Shown: piece after piece, positions 50,833 through 63,746 of the stretch
How positions within the stretch are numbered: position 1 is the first letter of the stretch
How the letters are laid out: each line of letters starts with the position of its first letter
Source of the DNA: Octopus sinensis
Taxonomy: Eukaryota
Direction: 5' to 3'
Length of the DNA stretch: 64,000 nt
Assembly (NCBI RefSeq): GCF_006345805.1
Contig: NC_042998.1
Span: 23,002,001-23,066,000 of the forward strand
The notes under the pieces: generated by a model
Told to the model about the DNA's origin: nothing
Database searches by the model: none
Seen by the model: the letters and a program-made list of their open reading frames with translations, nothing else
Made by a program: the position numbers and the translations under genes

Positions 50833-53800
50833 AGGTGGCAAGCTAGCAGAATCGTTAGTATGCCGGACGAAATGCTTAGCGGTATTTCGTCTACCGCTAC
50901 GTTCTGAGTTCAAATTCCGCTGAGGTCGACTTTGCCTTTCATCCTTTCGGGGTTGATTAAATAAGTACCAGTTATGAACTGGGGTGGATATAATCGACTT
51001 AATCCATTTGTCTGTCCTTGTTTGTCCTCTCTGTGTTTAGCCCCTTGTGGGTAGTAAAGAAATAGAAATTAAATTCAGTTTCCTTCTACCGAATCCACTC
51101 ACAAGGCTTTGGTCAGCCCAAGGCTATAGTAGAAGACACTTGCCCAAGGTGCCATGCAGTGGGGCTGAACCCGGAACCATGTGGTTCGTAAGCAAGCTAC
51201 TTACCACAAACACTCCTACGCCTATACTCTGTGTTCTAGTGTATTGAGGAAGTGAATAAGGAATGAGTCATTAAAAAAAAAGGTGGAGGCATCAGGTGGA
51301 CTGTTGACAAATATCAGGAAGTGGCTAGTTTATTTCATGCTTCAGCAATTCTGAGAATGAAGGAATGTTTCTGAAAGTCATGGGTGCTGTTGTTGTTATT
51401 GTTGTTGTTAAGCAACAAGATGGGTAAGGGTGATTAGGTGATGGTCTAGGGCTTAGGGGCGGGAGACCCCAGTCCTTGGAAACAAAAAAAAAAAAATTTG
51501 GTCGTCTTGTTGTAGTCGAGGGCTCTTCGTTGATGCCTGACACCACTGGGAGGTGGCCCTTGAAGTCACTGGAAATGGAGATCTCCAGGTCCAAATTCTT
51601 GAACGGCAGTCATGGGTGCTTTGTTGATTTTTGGTTTTGTAAATATGTCCACGAGTGTTAGACAATGAATTCAAAAAGGTGCCTAAGGCTGTTGTTGGAA
51701 ATATGGTGGGTAATCTTGTGGATGTCTACCACTGTTGTTTGGATCATTACTGCTACTTCTATCTTTCCTCAATCCTCCAATACTGTGGAGATCCAACATT
51801 AATCACTTGGTTTAATCCTTGTTAAGGCGGCGAGCTGGCAGAAACATTAGCATGCTGGGCGAAATGCTTAGCGGTATTTCTTCTGCTGCTATGTTCTGAG
51901 TTCAAATTCCGCCGAGGTCGACTTTGCCTTTCATCCTTCCGGGGTTGATTAAATAAGTACCAGTTACGCACTGGGGTCGATATAATCGACTTAATCCATG
52001 TGTCTGTCCTTGTTTGCCCTCTCTGTGTTTAGCCCCTTGTGGGTAGTAAAGAAATAGAAATTAAATTCAGTTTCCGTCTACCAAATCCACTCACAAGGCT
52101 TTGGTCAGCCCAAGGCTATAGTAGAAGACACTTGCCCAAGGTGCCATGCAGTGGACTGAACCCGGAACCATGTGATTCGTAAGCAAGCTACTTACCACAG
52201 ACACTCCTACGCCTATACTCTGCATTCTAGTGTATTGAGGAAGTGAATAAGGAATGAGTCATTAAAAAAAAAGGTGGAGGCATCAGGTGGACTGTTGACA
52301 AATATCAAGAAGTGGGTAGTTTATTTCATGCTTCAGCAATTCTGAGTATGAAGGAATGTTTCTGAAAGTCATGGGTGCTGTTGTTGTTAAGCAACACAAC
52401 GGATAAAAGTGATTAGGTGATGGTCTAGGGCTTAGGGGCGGGAGACCCCAGACCTTGGGAACAAAAAAAAACTTTGGTCGTCTTGTTGTAGTCGAGGGCT
52501 CTTCATTGACGCCTGACACCACTGGGAGGTGGGCCGTGAAGTCGCTGGAAATGGAGATCTCCAGGTCCAAATTCTTGAACAGCAGTCGTGGGTGCTTTGT
52601 TGATTTTTGGATTTGTAAGTATGTCCACGAGTGTTAGACATAGAATTCAAAAAGGTGCCTAAGGCTGTTGTTGGAAATATGGTGGGTAATCTTGTGGATG
52701 TCTACCACTGTTTGGATCATCACTGCTACTTCTATCTTTCCTCAATCCTCCAATACTGTGGAGATCCAACATTAATCACTTGGTTTAATCCTTGTTAAGG
52801 CGGCGAGCTGGCAGAATGGTTAGCACGCCGGGCGAAATGCTTAGCGGTATTTCGTCTGCTGCTATGTTCTGAGTTCAAATTCCGCCGAGGTCGACTTTGC
52901 CTTTCATCCTTCGGGGTCGATTAAATAAGTACCAGTTACGCACTGGGGTTGATATAATCGACTTAATCCGTTTGTCGGTTATTGTTTGTCCTTTCTGTGT
53001 TTAGCCCCTTGTGGGTAGTAAAGAAATAGAAATTAAATTCAGTTTCCGTCTACCAAATCCACTCACAAGGCTTTGGTCAGCCCAAGGCTATAGTAGAAGA
53101 CACTTGCCCAAGGTGCCATGCAGTGGACTGAACCCGGAACCATGTGATTCGTAAGCAAGCTACTTACCACAGACACTCCTACGCCTATACTCTGCATTCT
53201 AGTGTATTGAGGAAGTGAATAAGGAATGAGTCATTAAAAAAAAAGGTGGAGGCATCAGGTGGACTGTTGACAAATATCAAGAAGTGGGTAGTTTATTTCA
53301 TGCTTCAGCAATTCTGAGTATGAAGGAATGTTTCTGAAAGTCATGGGTGCTGTTGTTGTTAAGCAACACAACGGATAAAAGTGATTAGGTGATGGTCTAG
53401 GGCTTAGGGGCGGGAGACCCCAGACCTTGGGAACAAAAAAAAACTTTGGTCGTCTTGTTGTAGTCGAGGGCTCTTCATTGACGCCTGACACCACTGGGAG
53501 GTGGGCCGTGAAGTCGCTGGAAATGGAGATCTCCAGGTCCAAATTCTTGAACAGCAGTCGTGGGTGCTTTGTTGATTTTTGGATTTGTAAGTATGTCCAC
53601 GAGTGTTAGACATAGAATTCAAAAAGGTGCCTAAGGCTGTTGTTGGAAATATGGTGGGTAATCTTGTGGATGTCTACCACTGTTTGGATCATCACTGCTA
53701 CTTCTATCTTTCCTCAATCCTCCAATACTGTGGAGATCCAACATTAATCACTTGGTTTAATCCTTGTTAAGGCGGCGAGCTGGCAGAATGGTTAGCACGC

Positions 53801-54002
53801 CGGGCGAAATGCTTAGCGGTATTTCGTCTGCTGCTATGTTCTGAGTTCAAATTCCGCCGAGGTCGACTTTGCCTTTCATCCTTTCGGGGTCGATTAAATA
53901 AGTACCAGTTACGCACTGGGGTTGATATAATCGACTTAATCCGTTTGTCGGTTATTGTTTGTCCTTTCTGTGTTTAGCCCCTTGTGGGTAGTAAAGAAAT
54001 AG
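50833..54002. repeat. Tandem array of about 972-bp units bounded by four SINE B copies
   Basis: SINE B starts at about 50833, 51826, 52799 and 53771; ORFs 52283-52570 and 53255-53542 are identical at offset 972. Confidence 0.95.
51389..51607 (-). mobile_element. Short non-tRNA retroposon (family X) with 13-bp TSD, inserted in a CR1 fragment
   Basis: TSD AGTCATGGGTGCT at 51376-51388 and 51608-51620; (AAC)n tail. Confidence 0.8.
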
Positions 54003-54139
54003 GTTTTGAGTACAGGCCTCACTACAGCAGTAATGTTTTCACCATAGTTTCATGCATTTGAATCAAACTCAAACCCCATGGTGGTGAAGCAAACTTTCTT
54101 TACCACACAGCCGTCTGCACCAAATATTAATTTCCAACA

Positions 54140-54860
54140 AAGGCTTTGCACAATAAACCTTTGTATTGCTAAAATTGCCAAGAAGGCTGAGGGTGTCTTG
54201 GCATCACTCACCAAGTCCTTTGTGAGCCGTCTCTGGCTATCTATCTGTGGCTGTATATAGCTATGATACGATCTCACCTGGAATTTGCATCATCGGTCTG
54301 GAACCCCTATCATGCCCAGGATATTAATCGTCTGGAAGTCGTTCAGCGACGTGCAACCAAGAGAATACCCTCCATCAGGCATTTGCCATATTCTGAATGC
54401 CTTACTTCCCTGGGCATGGATACATTGAAACTCTGACGTCTGGCAGCTGACTTGGCAGACACCCATAAAATTATTAACCATCTTACAAACAATAACTCTG
54501 AGCACCTTTTCAAACTCCACCTGTCTAACACCTATGGACATGTTTACAAAGTCAGAAAACAGCACAACTCCCATGACTTTCGGAAACATTTTTTCACGCT
54601 AAGAATTGCTGAAGTATGGAACAAACTGCCGGCATCAGTTGTTAGTTGTCGGAGCACTGCATCCTTCAAAACTTCCATGCTTCCTGAGATTTGCCAACAC
54701 TACACCTGATTTTCTCCCCTCCATACACATGCAAGCATGTATCTGACTCATATACTGTTCACTTTCCAGACATTTCTACATTACTGCATGTACTTTATAC
54801 GCACTGTTTGACAAGTTGTGGTGCACCTGAGCACTGTATACAATAATTTCATTATTATTA
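54140..54860 (+). mobile_element. CR1-clade LINE 3' fragment with 3' UTR
   Basis: RSHLEFASSVWNPY..RLEVVQRRATKRIP..RIAEVWNKLPASVV. Confidence 0.88.
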
Positions 54861-56846
54861 TATCAATGCATTGCATAATGCTTTTGATATCCTATTAACT
54901 GCACTGGTACAAGCATATGATTTACTAATGCATGACATTTGAATGTAATAAATAAAATTTGCAAATAAGTATCACACATGAATTGATAGAATGCACCCTA
55001 TTGTAATGGTTGACTGATCTTGAATGACTTGCTGGAATATAAAGTTTCATAATTAATATTCTGCAAATCTATCCAACCCATTTTAGTAAAGTGGAGATGT
55101 GTATGTCTGTTTGTTTGTGTTTGTGAGTGTGTAAGTGTCTGTGTGTGTATTTTGTGGACCCGGGAAAAATTTGTATGTGGTTAACTAGTAATATATGAAG
55201 GTTGCTGTATTAGTATTTTTTTTTTACTACTTTGTTAAATAGGGTAAGGTCATGACCTGATCTTTTTTCTTTTTTTCTTTTCAGGTCTTCCAAGACTGAT
55301 TGGAAGAAAGGAGGTGATGATCCCTTAAACTGCTGGCCAAGCTCAAATGCTTACAAATAGTTGCAGGCACGGCTGTGTGGTAAGAAGCATGCTTTCCAAA
55401 CACATGGTTTCAGGTTCAGTCTTACTGCATAGCACCTTGGGCAAGTGTCTTCTAGTATAGCCTTGGGCCAACCAAAGTTTTGTGAGTGGATTTGGTAGAC
55501 AGAAACTGAAAGAAGCCTATTGTATGTGTGTGTTGATGTTAGTGTCTGTGTTTGTTTCCCGCAACACAGCTGCTTGACAAATAATAAATTTTTTTTTTTC
55601 ATATATAGGCGCAGGAGTGGCTGTGTGGTAAGTAGCTTGCTAACCAACCACATGGTTCCGGGTTCAGTCCCACTGTGTGGCATCTTGGGCAAGTGTCTTC
55701 TACTATAGTCTCAGGCCGACCAATGCCTTGTGAGTGGATTTGGTAGACGGAAACTGAAAGAAGCCTGTTGTATATATGTATATATATATGTGTGTGTATG
55801 TGTTTGTGTATCTGTGTTTGTTTCCCCAGCATTGCTTGACAACCGATGCTGGTGTGTTTACGTCGCCGTTACTTAGCGGTTCGGCAAAAAGAGACCGATA
55901 GAATAAGTACTGGGCTTACAAAGAATAAGTCCCGGGGTCGATTTGCTTGACTAAAGGCGGTGCTCCAGCATGGCCGCAGTCAAATGACTGAAACAAGTAA
56001 AAGAGTAAAGAGAGTATCTCTGTAACTCAGTAGTTTAGCAAAAAAGTCTGATAAAGTAAGCATTAGACTGGTGTGAATTTCTTCATCTAAACACTTCAAG
56101 GCATAGCATCAGCAAAGCGCAGGAGTGGCTGTGTGCTAAGATTTGGTTGTTATGACTGGTCTCAGTTACACTTAGTCACTTTGTGTCATTGACCTCACTA
56201 ATCTGCAGACTAATTGCTTATCTCTGTTGATGCTGACAGGATACAAAGAGATAATCTCTTCCGCTTTTCCAATTCAGTTAATTTATTCCAACCACAAAAT
56301 TACAGTGAATCGCCATAGCTTCACAAAACAGAGAATAAAAACGAAAGGTCTGTGATAAAGGTTAGAACAGGGGAGCAATGGTGTCAAAGACCCCTTGGGG
56401 TTCTTCAAAATAAAACAACAGCAACAACAACATAATGATTGATTATGAAAGTGAAAGCAGAGGTTTTCAATGTAGGTGGTACTGTTCCTAAGAGGATGCT
56501 GAGCATGTCGAAGCAAGCATTAGGCTTTAGTGGGTGGTGAGGTAATATAACCAACATACTAAATTTTGCCAATAGTAATAACCTGTAAGGACACTGTATT
56601 TCATTATGCCACCATAATATACCACAAAGTACATTAAACGTTGTTATAAGTCAGTACTTTGTTCTACTGTGTTAGCAGTGCTATAATTTCTATAGAAAAT
56701 CTGTAGAGGTTAACCTTAACAAGTTTACCAATAGTAGTAATTATACATGATAAAACTAGTAATGGTTATTAAAATAAAATGTGAGATAAGTGTTTATCAT
56801 GGCTAAAGATATGCTTGAAAAAGAATAATTAATTTTTAATGTTATA

Positions 56847-57690
56847 CTAGCAGAATTGCTCAGCGTTGCTCGGGGCTGAATTGCTTGAAAGTACTGTTAA
56901 TGATTGCACTGAATTATGATGATTATTCAGGCAAATATTGATATAAGTTTACGGTGGGAGATAAGGACTTAACGATCAAACGTGTGCCATTGCATTGTTT
57001 TGGGGGAACCAAATTTCTGATGAGCATTATAGGGGCACCAACTTTAAGTTTGAGAAAGTGTGGTGGTAGTCCGGGGTGCTCAAAGGAATTGAGTACCTCT
57101 ATTGGATAGTTGATGACGTCCTCTGGGTCAGGAGTTGTATCGATAGACTGATATACATAGACTTCCCCAGGAATGAGTTTTAGCATTTCATCATTAATAT
57201 GGTGAACAGTTTTATTCCTCGGGGCCAGTATAGCCTTTTTGCCAATCCAATCCATATTCTGATAATTAGCTTGTAGATCTGGGAACACTGCATCTCTGAG
57301 ATCAGAAGGCGTCTTAACAATGTTACAAATGGAATCGATGGCAATATTACCATTTTCATCCCCTGGTATTTTGCCTTCGCCAAGTGCAAGGAGGGTGTGA
57401 GGAAATGCTGCTGATGTGATATTACGTCGCATATGAGCACGCATATTGGTGTGAAGTTTGAGAGTTACTTCTCTTTATTAAAAAAATATGCATTAAAATG
57501 GAAAAAAATGATGGTAAATTATTTGTAAAATCATAGACTCATCGTAGACGCGCGCTAATACCCAGAAGGGCTCGATATGAATCACAACTATAAGATACCC
57601 GGTTTTGGTTAAACTGCATCGCAAAATGTGGGAGTAGTTAGGAATCTAAATCGGAGTAGACAGACACACAACCTTTCTTTTATATATAAA
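56847..57690 (-). mobile_element. Internally deleted Helitron retaining a PIF1-helicase segment
   Basis: ORF 56923-57444: AILAPRN..INDEML..YQSID..LNSFEHPGLPPHFLKLKVGAPIMLIRNL..CNGTRL. 3' end CCCCGAGCAACGCTGAG..CTAG|T at 56847; Helitron-like 5' end TTTATATATAAAAG near 57690. Confidence 0.88.
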
Positions 57691-58477
57691 TATTTTCGTC
57701 CTAAAAAACTTTGTATGGATTGAATGGTTACCTCTATGGAAATATATACACGCACATTATACATACATGTGTGTATAGATGAATATATAAATACATTTAA
57801 ATATCTATATACACTTTTGGGCGATCTTTCTGTTTCTTAGAGATAACTTTATCCCGTCCGATTCGCTCCAAAATTTACAGGGACATGTAGAATGAGGTGA
57901 CGATGCTCGTGGGCTACCTTAGAAACCCCTATCTTAAAAGGTATGGTTGCTAGGGGCCATCTTCCTCCAGTACCCTCTCACTCCTCTTCATTTGACAGGC
58001 CACTACGGTTATTTAATGTAAAGTCTTCCTCAAATCACTCTCTCGCTATTTACTCTCTTCCAAGAACATTTTCACTCACTCTTATCTCTTAGCTTCCCAT
58101 ACATTTTACTCATGTATCTATCAGCGTCATAGACAGAAACAAATATTACATCGCCATCGCCATCGCATTCTATTGTCTACCTGTCAACACACACACAGTG
58201 AATTACTTTCACTTTATTCGTTGCACACTGTGTGTGTGCGTGTGCGTGTGCTGTATCCCACACTAAGAAAAGCATTTGACTCATACACCACAATGTGAGT
58301 TTTCTCTAAATTTTGCTTAATTGGGGTTGAAATTTTAAAAAGTGGACCTGGCAAGACCCGATGCATTCTACTCTTAAAAATGCTAGGTAAATTGTAATTG
58401 AAGAAATCCTATATTGTAAATTTCTATAAGAGACAAAGGGAGGCAGATAAAATCTGCCTTTTATAATAAGAGATATC

Positions 58478-58741
58478 AATGGAAATTGCAGTTGTGATAC
58501 CAGTGCCGGTGGCATGTAAAAGAACCATCCGAACGTGGCTGTTGCCAGCGGCATGTAAAAAGCATCCACTACACTCACGGAGTGGTTGGCATTAGGAAGG
58601 GCATCCAGCTGTAGAAACACTGCCAGATTAGACTTGGCCTGATGCAGCCTCCTGGCTTCCCAGACCCCAGTCGAACCGTCCAACCCATGCTAGCATGGAA
58701 AGTGGACGTTAAATGATGATGATGATGATGATGATGATGAT
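58478..58741 (+). mobile_element. RTE 3' UTR fragment
   Basis: Two modules, core and (GAT)n tail; others at about 4575-4855, 44556-44806 (-), 50352-50573 and 63310-63919. Confidence 0.75.
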
Positions 58742-59324
58742 ATTTCTGTCTTGAATAGTATTTTTTAGGTACACCATCTTGCTTGTTTTCTTCGTATATT
58801 GTGATTGACATTTGAGTAAAATTTATCAGTTATCATCCATGTTAAGTTATTTCAGTCAGTCATGATACCTACTTAGGTGGGTGCCAAGCATAACAACTGC
58901 TTAGAAAGGGCATTACATAAAAAAAATGGTTAAGAACCACTGAGTTAGATTAACACTGATTTACAAAGTAGTGATTTACACAAGAGAGGAGCTAAAAATC
59001 TGTGTTCGATGTATAAATGATAAATATATTTTAAAAACATAACAAGTAATAATACATCATTCAATATATAAGAGATCATATGTGTTTGTAAGCACAGGAG
59101 TAGGAGGGAAGTTGCAGGAGTGTTGGTGTGAAATGAATGAAGTGAGAAAGAGGGAGAAATTAGTGTTCAAATTAAGAAAAGAAAAAATGTGGAATGTAGG
59201 AAGCTGAAAAGTATGGCAGAGGGAGAAAAAACAAACATAGAAAATTTGAGTAAAAAGTAAAAAATAAAGAAAAAAACTGAAGATTCAAAAAAAAATATTA
59301 GTAGGAGTAAAAGAAACAGAAAGT

Positions 59325-60547
59325 TTAACCCTTTCGTTACCAAATCAGCTGAAACCAGCTCTGGCTCTGTAGTACAAATGTCTTGTTTTTATAAGTTTTG
59401 AATTAAAATCTTCCACCAAACCTTAGTCACAATTTATGTTCTTAACACTACCTTAATGATTACTAAGTTATTTCACTAAATTCTTTGTTATATTTAAAAT
59501 TAATTGAAAGAAACACAGAGCATCTCAACAGGAATATGGTAACAAAAGGGTTAACAAATGATTAATTTAACACTTTTGATACCAACCCACCTGAAACTGC
59601 CTCTAGCTCTGAGTACAAATGTCTTGTTTTCAAAAGTTCTAATTATGAGCCTACAAATTGTATAAACCATTAGCATTTAACCCTTTTATTACCAACTCAG
59701 CTGAAACAGCCTCTGGCTCTGTAGTACAAATGTCTTGTTTTCATGAGTTTTGAATTAAAATCTTCCACCAAACCTTGGTCACAAATTAAGTTCCTAACAC
59801 TAGCTTAATGATAACTAAGTTATTTTACTAAATTCTTTGTTATATTTAAAATAATCGAAAGAAACCCAGAGCATCTCAACAGAAATATGGTAGGAAAAGG
59901 GTTAACAGATGATTAATTTAACCCTTTTGATACCAACCTGTCTGAAACTGCCTCTAGCTCTGTGTCTTAAAATCTTCTACCAAACCCTAGTCACAATTTA
60001 TGTTCCTAACACCAGCCGAATGATAACCAAGTTATTTTACTAAATTCTTTGTTATATTTATGGTAATGAAAGGGTTAACAAATAATTAATTTCACCCTTT
60101 TGATACCAACCTGGCTCTGTAGTTATGAATGTTTTGTTTTCATAAGTTCTGAATTAAAATTTTCCACCAAACCTTAGTCACAATTTATCTTTCTAACACT
60201 AGCTGAATGATAACTAAGTTATTTTACTAAATTCTTTGTTATATTTAAAGTAATTGAAAGAAACACAGAGCATCTCAACGGAAATATGGTAACAAAAGGG
60301 TTAACAAATGATTAATTTAACCCTTTTGTTACCAACCCACCTGAAACCGGCTCTGGCTCTGTAGTACAAATGTCTTGTTTTCATAAGTTCTGAATAAAAA
60401 TCTTCCACCAAACCTTAGTCACAATTTATGTTCCTAACACTAAGCTGAATGATAACTAAGTTATTTTACTAAATTCTTTGTTATATTTGAAATCAATTGA
60501 AACAAACAGAGAGCATCTCAAAATGAATACGGTAACAAAAGGGTTAA
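59325..60547. repeat. Head-to-tail array of six piggyBac-like MITE units
   Basis: Units TTAA|CCCTTT...AAAGGG|TTAA at 59329, 59571 (partial), 59681, 59922, 60095 and 60321; spacer CA(A/G)AT(G/A)ATTAAT. Confidence 0.9.
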
Positions 60548-60865
60548 ATTAATATAACAAGGGCCTATCATCCATCTTTACATTCTCAGTTCAAATTCCA
60601 CTGAGGTTGACTTTGCGTTTCATCCTTTCAGGGTCAATAAAATAAGTACCAGAAGAATATTGGGGTTGATATAATCAACTTACCTCCTCCTTTGAAATTG
60701 CTGGCCTTGTACCAAAATTTGAAATCAATGTTACAAGGGCACAAAGAATATCTGCATTGTTGCTCATCCCCAACCTACAGAGAATAGCAGCCAAATATAC
60801 ACACATACATATCTATGTATATATATATAATATATATATAGGTATATATATATATATATAGTGAA

Positions 60866-61171
60866 GGCGCATGGCTCAGTGGTTAGAGCGTCGAGCTTAC
60901 GATCGTGAGGTTGTGAGTTCAAATCCCGGACTGGGCTGCGTGTTGTGTTCTTGAGCAGTTCACTCAGTTGTAGAAATGAGTTGCGACATAACAGGTGCCA
61001 AGCTGTATCAGCCTTTGCCTTTCCCTTGCATAACATCAGTGGTGTGGAGAAGGGAGGCCGGTATGCATGGGTGACTGCTGGTCTTCCATAAACAACCTTA
61101 CCCGGACTTGTGCCTGGGAGGGTATCTTTCTAGGTTCAATCCCATGGTCATTCATGACCGAAGGGGGTCTC
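60866..61171 (+). mobile_element. tRNA-derived SINE family E
   Basis: GGCGCATGGCTCAGTGG A-box and GAGTTCAAATCCC B-box, followed by about 230 bp of non-tRNA body; degenerate relative near 46246. Confidence 0.7.
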
Positions 61172-61174
61172 AGC

Positions 61175-61206
<32 letters not shown>

Positions 61207-62644
61207 GTGTGTGTGTGTATACATATAAATTAGAAATGGAAACCAAAACAATAAATTGAACAATTAAATAATTTAATCATTAAATGATAAATTCAATTCA
61301 ATTTTATTAATATATACAAACAAATGTGTGTGGTTTTAAAGCTGCTTTACACTCAAACAATAGGGAAACATCCTTTACATCAAGGGAAGCTATTATAAGA
61401 CAATGGAACATTTTTCTTAACTTATTCATCCAAAATTCTAATGCCAATAATATTATCTCCAATCTCCAGCAAATGACAATCATATGCAGGCCACATATCC
61501 TGGATGCCACTTTGAAGGGGGCATAATTTTCGCCAAGATCATTTTCTAATTAAGCCATTCAAAAAATTTTTTTTTATATTGTCAGTCATGGTTTGTTTTG
61601 TTTATCACCATCCACGCTACTAGACAGAATAGGTGTTTTTACTTGAGCTCACAAAATGCATGCACTGACCCACTTTTTGGTGAGAGTGGGGGTGGGTGCA
61701 ATTTTGGTGCTAGCCCTGGGTGCCAGTTACGCCCAGCTATGCCTCTATATGTGGGTACATGTTTTCCTGGCACCAGCACTATATGAAGTGTCTCACTCCA
61801 GGCAACCTTGTGTTGCCTCTACTTGATTCACAGAGTGCACTGGGTACTTTTTTCATGGCACCAGTGCTAGTGAGGTTACCATGTTACTCAAAAGACCATG
61901 GAGATTTGCACAATGTGAACAACTTACTCAACCGGCCTAAAATAGGACATGGAAGAAAAGTTGTTATTGTGATGCTCTCTGCATCTTATTTGTGACTCTG
62001 TCTTCAATAGGGAAGCTGAAAAAAGAAAAAAGGGATTGCTGTGAAGTCACTGGATTAAACAACAACCTGATGAGCATCACGAAGAGACAAAACTGATGCA
62101 GTATGGGAACATGTTGGTATGTCTTGCTTAAAAAGCATCTTGTAAGGAATAATTCCAGAATGAAGTAGGGGAGATGAGAAGAGGGAAGGATGGAAGATAG
62201 CTTCAACATTAGGATAACATGAACTTCACCAAGTCTCAAAAATAGAGAAAAATTATAAGAAATGGAAAACGTGAATTTGTTGGTCTTCAGAGTTACCCAA
62301 ACAGCCTATGATATAAAGTTGATAATGATGATGTTATATAGCTGTTATACAAGGCTTAGATTTTCATGAATTCTGAAATAATTTCCTATCATAGGTTTAT
62401 GTTTTCATGAAGTCATCTTTCTCCTCATCTCAGTGATAGAAGACATGCTTATTTAAGAGTACATCCAGTACTCATAAATCACATTCCATTCTTTAAGATA
62501 TTCTTGGAATAAAAAACAAAGTAGTCACATATTTCCCTTCATTTCCCAACGTTGTTTGTGTTCAAATCTATAAAAAAAGAGAAAAACTCAAATTATATAC
62601 ATATTGACATGAATAAAACAAAAACAAAAAAAATAAACACTTGG

Positions 62645-62880
62645 TGTTTTAGGAGGGTCATTATACAAATAACACATGCACTGGTTAAATATCACTTCTT
62701 TATTTTTAAACAATCAGTTAAATATTTAATCAACATACAAATCAATTGTTTGTTTAATGTGTTGGTTAAACAAACAATTGATTAGTTTTGTTGGTTAGAT
62801 ATTTAACCAACTGACTAACAATAATGAAGTGATATTGCACAAGTGAGTATGTTATTGGTGCAATGACCCTCCCAAGACAC
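62645..62880. repeat. Degenerate foldback repeat
   Basis: GGAGGGTCATT...TTGTTTGTTTAA / TTAAACAAACAA...AATGACCCTCC; one arm is homologous to 4190-4345. Confidence 0.6.
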
Positions 62881-63546
62881 AAATTCACATCAAGAATCTT
62901 GTAAACCAAACACAAAAATGAAGTAAACATTTGTTTTGAATGATTTAATATCAGCGAATTCCTTAACAGATGCATTGCTAAAATGTTTTGCAACATTTAA
63001 TTCCACACCTTTAAGTTACAAACTGAAATCCCATCACTTTTCATTTCTCCAGGGACATTAGAATAAGTAAAAATACACTAGGGTTGAATAAATTAATTAC
63101 ACTGGTATCAACTAACCCTTCCCCTCAATTAACTAGGGTTGAATAAATCAGTTACACTGCTCCCTGGCAAAAATGAGCTAATATCTAAAGGAAAAAAAAG
63201 AATTGATAATTGACATGCCAAAACTTTCATACATCCTTCAGTTTACCTTTTACAATCACTCCACAATATTGGTTTCAAATTTTGGCACAAGGCCAGCAAT
63301 TCCGAGAAGCACCCTTGCCAGCGGAGCATTAAGAGCACCATCTGAGCATGATCGCTGCCAGAGCAACTGACTGGCTTCCGTGCTGGTGGCACGTAAAAAG
63401 CACCATTCAAACGTGATTGTTACCAGCGTCACCTTACTGGTACTTGTGCCGGTGGCACGTAAAAAACACCACTTGAGCATAGCCGTTGCCAGTACTGCCT
63501 CACTGGCCCTAGTGCCAGTGGCACGTAAAAGCACCCACTACACTCT

Positions 63547-63746
63547 GTTATAGTTGTTAAGCAACAAGACAGGTAAGGGTGATTAGGTGATGGTCTAGGG
63601 CTTAGGGGCAGGAGACCCCAGATCTTGAGAAAAAAAACTTTGGTTGTCTTGTAGTTGAGGGCTCTTCGTTGACGCCCGACACTACTGGGAGGTGGCCGTC
63701 GAAGTCGCTGGAAATGGAGATCTCCAGGTCCAAATTCTTGGACAGC
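63547..63746 (-). mobile_element. Family X retroposon with 13-bp TSD, inserted in an RTE 3' UTR
   Basis: TSD CCCACTACACTCT at 63534-63546 and 63747-63759. Confidence 0.82.

Noticed and set aside
51325-53622. Repeated 60-95 aa ORFs in the tandem array as a small gene family
   Set aside because: They are chimeric frames across a CR1 fragment and the family X insertion, repeated by the duplication.
2779-55832. Recurring short ORFs (MLGGQTQTHKH..., MLAWVGRF...)
   Set aside because: Translations of SINE A and RTE 3' UTR copies, not genes.
60866-60940. tRNA genes at 60866, 22432 and 46246
   Set aside because: Acceptor and anticodon stems do not pair and SINE bodies follow; these are SINE heads.
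63640-63746. HDV-like ribozyme at the 5' end of family X
   Set aside because: A P3/L3-like ACC-TCCCAGT-GGT exists in some copies, but P1, P1.1 and P2 could not be put in register by hand.
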